From assembly GCA_002869665.1 (NCBI GenBank), contig PKUG01000183.1, forward strand, positions 1-54,643: DNA of 54,643 nt, read 5' to 3'. How positions within the stretch are numbered: the stretch's first letter is position 1; each line of letters begins with the position of its first letter. The translations under genes were made by a program, and so were the position numbers. A model generated the notes under the pieces. That model had not been told where the DNA came from, ran no database searches, and saw nothing but the letters and a program-made list of their open reading frames with translations. This document shows, piece after piece, positions 51,053 to 54,643 of this stretch. The DNA is from Desulfuromonas sp. GTDB lineage: Bacteria; Desulfobacterota; Desulfuromonadia; Desulfuromonadales; Geopsychrobacteraceae.

Positions 51053-51850
51053 ATGAAAAATAGAATAGCAAGAACCACTTTACTGATCGGTTTTGTTCTC
51101 GGCGGGATCCTCCTGTTGAGTGGTGTCGCCATGGCCCATGGTGGCGCAGGGATGATGGGAGCTCAAGGCGACCTGATCCCCTGCCAGGGTGAGTCTTTTT
51201 CCGACGGCATGGGCCATGGAATGATGGGTGACATGATGGGAGCCGGCAGCATGGATCACATGGCTAACAACAGCCAGATGCCCTGCCAGAGTGAATCTTT
51301 TTCCGAGGGCATGGATCATGGAATGAGGGGTGGCATGATGGGAGCCGGCAAAATGGATCACATGGTTGACTTTAGCCGGATGCCCTGCCAGGGGGAATCT
51401 CATTCCGGGGGGATGGGTCATGAAATGATGGGGAGCATGATGGGAACTGGCGGCATGGGTTCCATGATGAACCATGGCCGTGGTGGCCACATGATGGATC
51501 TTGATGACATGAGACACGGCAGCATGCTGAGTCAGGCGAACAAACTCGGCCTCTCCGCCGAGCAGGTCAGCAAACTGAACTCTCTTCGCCTTACGGCACG
51601 AAAAGACGTGATCCGCATGCACGCTGAAGTCAATGTAGCGCGCCTGGAACTGTCCGATCTGGTGGCATCTGAGAACTGGACTGTTAAGGATGTGGAACCA
51701 CTGGTTCATAAAGTCCAAAAACTGGAAGGCAATATTCACCTGCGCCACCTTCAGGCCTTGAACGATGCCCGCAATATCCTGACCGCGGACCAGTTGAAGC
51801 TGTACAGCAGTACAGAACACGTCGGCAGTTCAGGCCATTACTGTAACTAG
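51053..51850 (+). CDS. Periplasmic Spy/CpxP/ZraP-family (LTXXQ) protein with three Met/His-rich repeats
   Basis: The signal peptide reads MKNRIARTTLLIGFVLGGILLLSGVAMA. Three units of about 36 aa follow (MPCQGESFS.GMGHGMMG.MMGAG.MDHM). The C-terminal helical domain has LSAEQ and LTADQ motifs. AAGGAGAAGGA lies upstream. Confidence 0.8.
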   Translation: MKNRIARTTLLIGFVLGGILLLSGVAMAHGGAGMMGAQGDLIPCQGESFSDGMGHGMMGDMMGAGSMDHMANNSQMPCQSESFSEGMDHGMRGGMMGAGKMDHMVDFSRMPCQGESHSGGMGHEMMGSMMGTGGMGSMMNHGRGGHMMDLDDMRHGSMLSQANKLGLSAEQVSKLNSLRLTARKDVIRMHAEVNVARLELSDLVASENWTVKDVEPLVHKVQKLEGNIHLRHLQALNDARNILTADQLKLYSSTEHVGSSGHYCN

Positions 51851-52041
51851 CCGGGGCTGACAGGAATAGAAAGGAGACTTCACAATGATGCACTGGTTTG
51901 GTGATGGGGCTGACAGAAATACACTGTTCCGGTTATCAAGACTATCGAGAAGGATGGGGGGGGAACCGACTCATTCAATGAATACGTCAGGTCATGCAAC
52001 AACGAGTTATCACAGAAAATTTCAAGTGAATAGTTTTCTGC

Positions 52042-53271
52042 TCAATCGCTTTGAGAACGAATCAGTGGGACTTTCAAATAAACGAAAAATGCATAAGACA
52101 GGACAATCATCGAATTTGCAATAAGGGCCGTAGACTCCCCCCAATATTCCGCTTCCCAACCAACAAATAACGAGCCGAGAGGGGTTAAAGCAAAAATCCC
52201 AAAGGTATAGAGGCTAACAACCCGGCCCCGAAAGTCGTCTGACACGAGCGACTGAATCAATGTGTTCAACAAATTAAAGGTGAACATGTTCGCCCATCCG
52301 ACACCAACCATTAACAAAAGAGATATCGGCACATAGCGCACAGTGGCGAAAATCAGAAGCATCAGTGGAAAAACAAAGGTCCCGAAAGATAAGAGCCGCC
52401 CTTTTGACTTAAAGCGCCCAAGGGCCGCGATCATGAGCGCTCCGGACAAAGCCCCCAACCCCCTGGCCGAAAAAAGCCACCCGTTTGTGGCAGCATCGCC
52501 GCCTAATACTCTGACTGCCCACGCAGGTATCAGGGTCATATAGACCGTACCAAAGAGGCACAGGATTGCCACAAGGCTCAGCAGGGTGCGGATGATTCTA
52601 GTACCGAGCGCGTAGCGAAGCCCTTCCCTGAAATCATCAAGCGGCGCGGTCGCCCTTGCCCTGGGAACGAATGGCTGCAGCTGCATGGCGCTCAAGGCTG
52701 CAATAACCGCGAGAAAACTCACCCCGTTAATCGTAAAGCACCATGCCGGGCCGAGGGCAACATAAACCAATCCGGCCGCCGCCGGACCGATCAGTACGCC
52801 GAGATTGAACAGAATCGAATTGAAGGAGATGGCATTGGCAATATCTTTTCGATCGACCAGTTCAAGAACAAAGGACAGCCTTGCCGGGGCGTCAAAGGCA
52901 TTGGCGATTCCGAGAACGAATGCCAGCAGGATGATGTGCCAGGGTTGCACCGTATGACTGAAAGTCAGGGTGGCGAGAACAAATGCCAGGAACATCATCG
53001 TCGCCTGGGTGAGGATGATAAGTTTACGGCGCGAGATACGGTCGGCATAAACCCCGCCGAATAACATAAGCAGGATGGAAGGAGCTCCCGTAGCAAAGGC
53101 GACATACCCCAGATAGGCGGATGACTCCGTCAGGTCAAAAACCAGAACCCCCTGGGCCGCCGTTTGCATCCAGGTCCCGACCAGAGAAACGAGTTGCCCG
53201 AGAAACCAGAGCCGGTAATTTCTGTATTTGAGTGCGGCAAACATCTGCCGAAAAAAATGCCCCACTGCCAT
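52042..53271 (-). CDS. MFS transporter (MFS_3 / EntS-like family)
   Basis: FAALKYRNYRLWFLGQLVSLVGTWMQTAAQ is the typical N-terminus of this family. About 12 TM segments are apparent. Confidence 0.85.
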   Translation of the reverse strand: MAVGHFFRQMFAALKYRNYRLWFLGQLVSLVGTWMQTAAQGVLVFDLTESSAYLGYVAFATGAPSILLMLFGGVYADRISRRKLIILTQATMMFLAFVLATLTFSHTVQPWHIILLAFVLGIANAFDAPARLSFVLELVDRKDIANAISFNSILFNLGVLIGPAAAGLVYVALGPAWCFTINGVSFLAVIAALSAMQLQPFVPRARATAPLDDFREGLRYALGTRIIRTLLSLVAILCLFGTVYMTLIPAWAVRVLGGDAATNGWLFSARGLGALSGALMIAALGRFKSKGRLLSFGTFVFPLMLLIFATVRYVPISLLLMVGVGWANMFTFNLLNTLIQSLVSDDFRGRVVSLYTFGIFALTPLGSLFVGWEAEYWGESTALIANSMIVLSYAFFVYLKVPLIRSQSD

Positions 53272-53385
53272 GGTCTATCCAGTTCAGCCCCACTCCAGAT
53301 CACGCTATCTTATTCCGCTCTCTGATTACTGTAAATGCTCTCCTCGAACGTGTGAAGAACTCCTTGATGTTGTGGATCGGATTGC

Positions 53386-53420
53386 ATAAAAATGCCGGGC
53401 CCTGTTGGGGCCCGGCATAT
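53386..53420 (-). terminator. Rho-independent terminator after the dehydrogenase gene
   Basis: Minus strand: ATGCCGGGCC CCAACA GGGCCCGGCAT followed by TTTTATGC. Confidence 0.75.
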
Positions 53421-53473
53421 GAGCTTGTGTGTGGAACGGCGAAAGACGGATGGAAATTCTCCGCCCGCAGCTT

Positions 53474-54478
53474 TTACGCCGACAGTTTCGGCTGCTCGCC
53501 AAGGGCTTTGCTGTTGACGATGCGGACGGGGGCGACCCCCTCACCTTCGAGAATCTGAATGATTCCAAGTACGGCGTCCACTCCAACCCGCGCTGCGGCT
53601 TCATCGGTTACACCGCCGACATGAGGAGAAACAACGATGTTGGGCAATGTGAAGAACGGATGATCCAGTGGTGGCGGTTCTACCGCAAAAGTATCGAGCC
53701 CCGCGGCGCCGATCCGGCCGTCGAGCAAAGCCTTTTCCAGCGCCACTTCATCAATCAGCCCCCCTCTCGCCGTATTGACGATGATGGCGCCATGTTTCAT
53801 AAGATTGATCCGTTCCTCGTTGATCAGTTGGCTGGTTTCCTTCGTTAACGGACAGTGCAGACTGACAACGTCAGCATCCTTGAGGATTGATTCGATTTCT
53901 TTTCTTCGCGTGATTCCGAGCTCCGCAAAGGCTTCATCTGTCACGAAGGGATCATACGCGAGAACATTCATCTCCAGACCCTGGGCAATTTTTCCCATGT
54001 GCCGGGCGATTGTTCCGAAACCGACGAGCCCGAGTGTTTTGCCGGACACTTCGGTCCCTGAAAATTGCGGTTTGATCCATTTCCCTTCGCGTACCGAAGC
54101 ATCCAGCCGCAAGGACTGTTTTATCGCCATGAGCATCAGGGTGATACCATGCTCGGCGACAGATTTTGCATTGGCGCCGACAGCGTTAATGACCGGTATG
54201 CCGCGCTTGCTGGCCGCATTCAGATCGATATTGTCGACACCGACGCCGTGCTTGGAGAGAACTTTCAGCGAGGAGCAGGCGCTGATGACCTCCTCTGTGA
54301 TCTGCCCCATTCTGACCAGAATGCCACTGGGGTCATGCTCCGAAACCATTGCGATCAAGGTTTCCGGCGGTGTATAGGGCGGAACATAGATCGCCTCATA
54401 GCCACGATCCTGGATGACTTTTGTCGCAGCAGGGTGCAACTCCGGCCCTGTTATCATGATTTTCCGGTTATTGCTCAC
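53474..54478 (-). CDS. D-isomer-specific 2-hydroxyacid dehydrogenase (phosphoglycerate/glyoxylate reductase-like)
   Basis: The NAD motif reads LGLVGFGTIARHMG. The catalytic pattern reads ..NTARGGLIDE.., ..DTFAVEP.., ..SPHVGG. The apparent GTG start overlaps the upstream stop (GTGA). Confidence 0.88.
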   Translation of the reverse strand: MSNNRKIMITGPELHPAATKVIQDRGYEAIYVPPYTPPETLIAMVSEHDPSGILVRMGQITEEVISACSSLKVLSKHGVGVDNIDLNAASKRGIPVINAVGANAKSVAEHGITLMLMAIKQSLRLDASVREGKWIKPQFSGTEVSGKTLGLVGFGTIARHMGKIAQGLEMNVLAYDPFVTDEAFAELGITRRKEIESILKDADVVSLHCPLTKETSQLINEERINLMKHGAIIVNTARGGLIDEVALEKALLDGRIGAAGLDTFAVEPPPLDHPFFTLPNIVVSPHVGGVTDEAAARVGVDAVLGIIQILEGEGVAPVRIVNSKALGEQPKLSA

Positions 54479-54643
54479 AGCTCTTCACCTTCCTGCAGGA
54501 CGCCGGCTTTCTGGAGGGTGGGAACCAGCCAGGAGGCATTGAGCTTATCGATCGGTGCGGTTTTGATTTGTTCCATCCGCTTCTCTTCCGCGTCAACTTT
54601 GGCCTGTGCACCCGCTGCCGCGATTTGTGCGTGCTCTTTCGGA
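54475..54643 (-). CDS. 3-prime end of an unidentified upstream gene (partial, runs off the window)
   Basis: An open frame reads ..AHAQIAAAGAQAKVDAEEKRMEQIKTAPIDKLNASWLVPTLQKAGVLQEGEEL-stop, overlapping the next start. The product was not recognised. Confidence 0.45.
   Translation of the reverse strand, partial: PKEHAQIAAAGAQAKVDAEEKRMEQIKTAPIDKLNASWLVPTLQKAGVLQEGEEL

Noticed and set aside
50598-51071. 157-aa minus-strand ORF, and the N-terminal extension (50903-51052) of the Met-rich protein ORF.
   Set aside because: The minus-strand ORF runs through repeat modules and has no RBS. The extension precedes an obvious signal peptide that has its own strong AAGGAG, so the start at 51053 is preferred.
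51885-52124. 79-aa plus-strand ORF with a good AAAGGAG RBS just after the Met-rich gene.
   Set aside because: It overlaps the 3-prime end of the convergent MFS gene by about 80 nt. Its composition is basic and low-complexity, and no family was recognised. It is left unannotated, although translation of a short product cannot be excluded.

Overview
This is a 54.6-kb chromosomal window. It is GC-rich over most of its length (roughly 60% by eye) and is densely coded on both strands. Gene content and the style of the intergenic repeats suggest a Desulfuromonadales/Geobacter-type deltaproteobacterium; that assignment is inference only, since no search was possible.

Contents, left to right:
- A heme-precursor operon on the minus strand: ccsA-like, hemA, hemC, hemD, hemB.
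- Housekeeping genes: trxA, dtd, nfo, dapF, rsmE, prmA, bcp, slyD, rnhA, coaE, glpK and glpD.
- One tRNA-Glu(UUC).
- Three two-component systems: OmpR/CusS-like, LuxR/HisKA_3, and a histidine kinase with a REC-PATAN-Roadblock regulator.
- A patch of single redox genes at 38.5-44.5 kb, separated by spacers full of modular repeats. The genes are Lpd-like, flavodoxin/4Fe-4S, DUF1847 and ChlI+VWA.
- An accessory stretch at 45.2-51.9 kb that includes an AT-rich segment. It carries a T5orf172/GIY-YIG protein plus a membrane protein, an alcohol dehydrogenase, an MFS gene remnant, a degenerate AbrB-PIN toxin-antitoxin pair, a secreted protein made of five identical 20-aa repeats, and a Met/His-rich Spy/CpxP/ZraP-like periplasmic protein.

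Most notable observations:
1. An A9 run sits exactly where a ChlI-type AAA+ ORF must shift -1 to continue into a start-less VWA (ChlD-type) ORF.
2. The secreted 5 x 20-aa repeat gene has DNA copies that differ only at synonymous positions. It is paired divergently with the Met-rich LTXXQ protein, and both are preceded by near-identical sigma-54-like -24/-12 elements.
3. An in-frame TAA lies inside the conserved N-terminus of hemB.
4. A low-GC T5orf172 + membrane-protein pair could be a defence-type module.
5. A modular intergenic repeat family has three parts: a hexamer microsatellite, a GCGCAGAG-type module, and 24-28-nt palindromes.

No CRISPR array, rRNA, transposase or integrase was recognised. 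All calls rest on reading the supplied ORF translations and the DNA by eye. No database search or computation was run.
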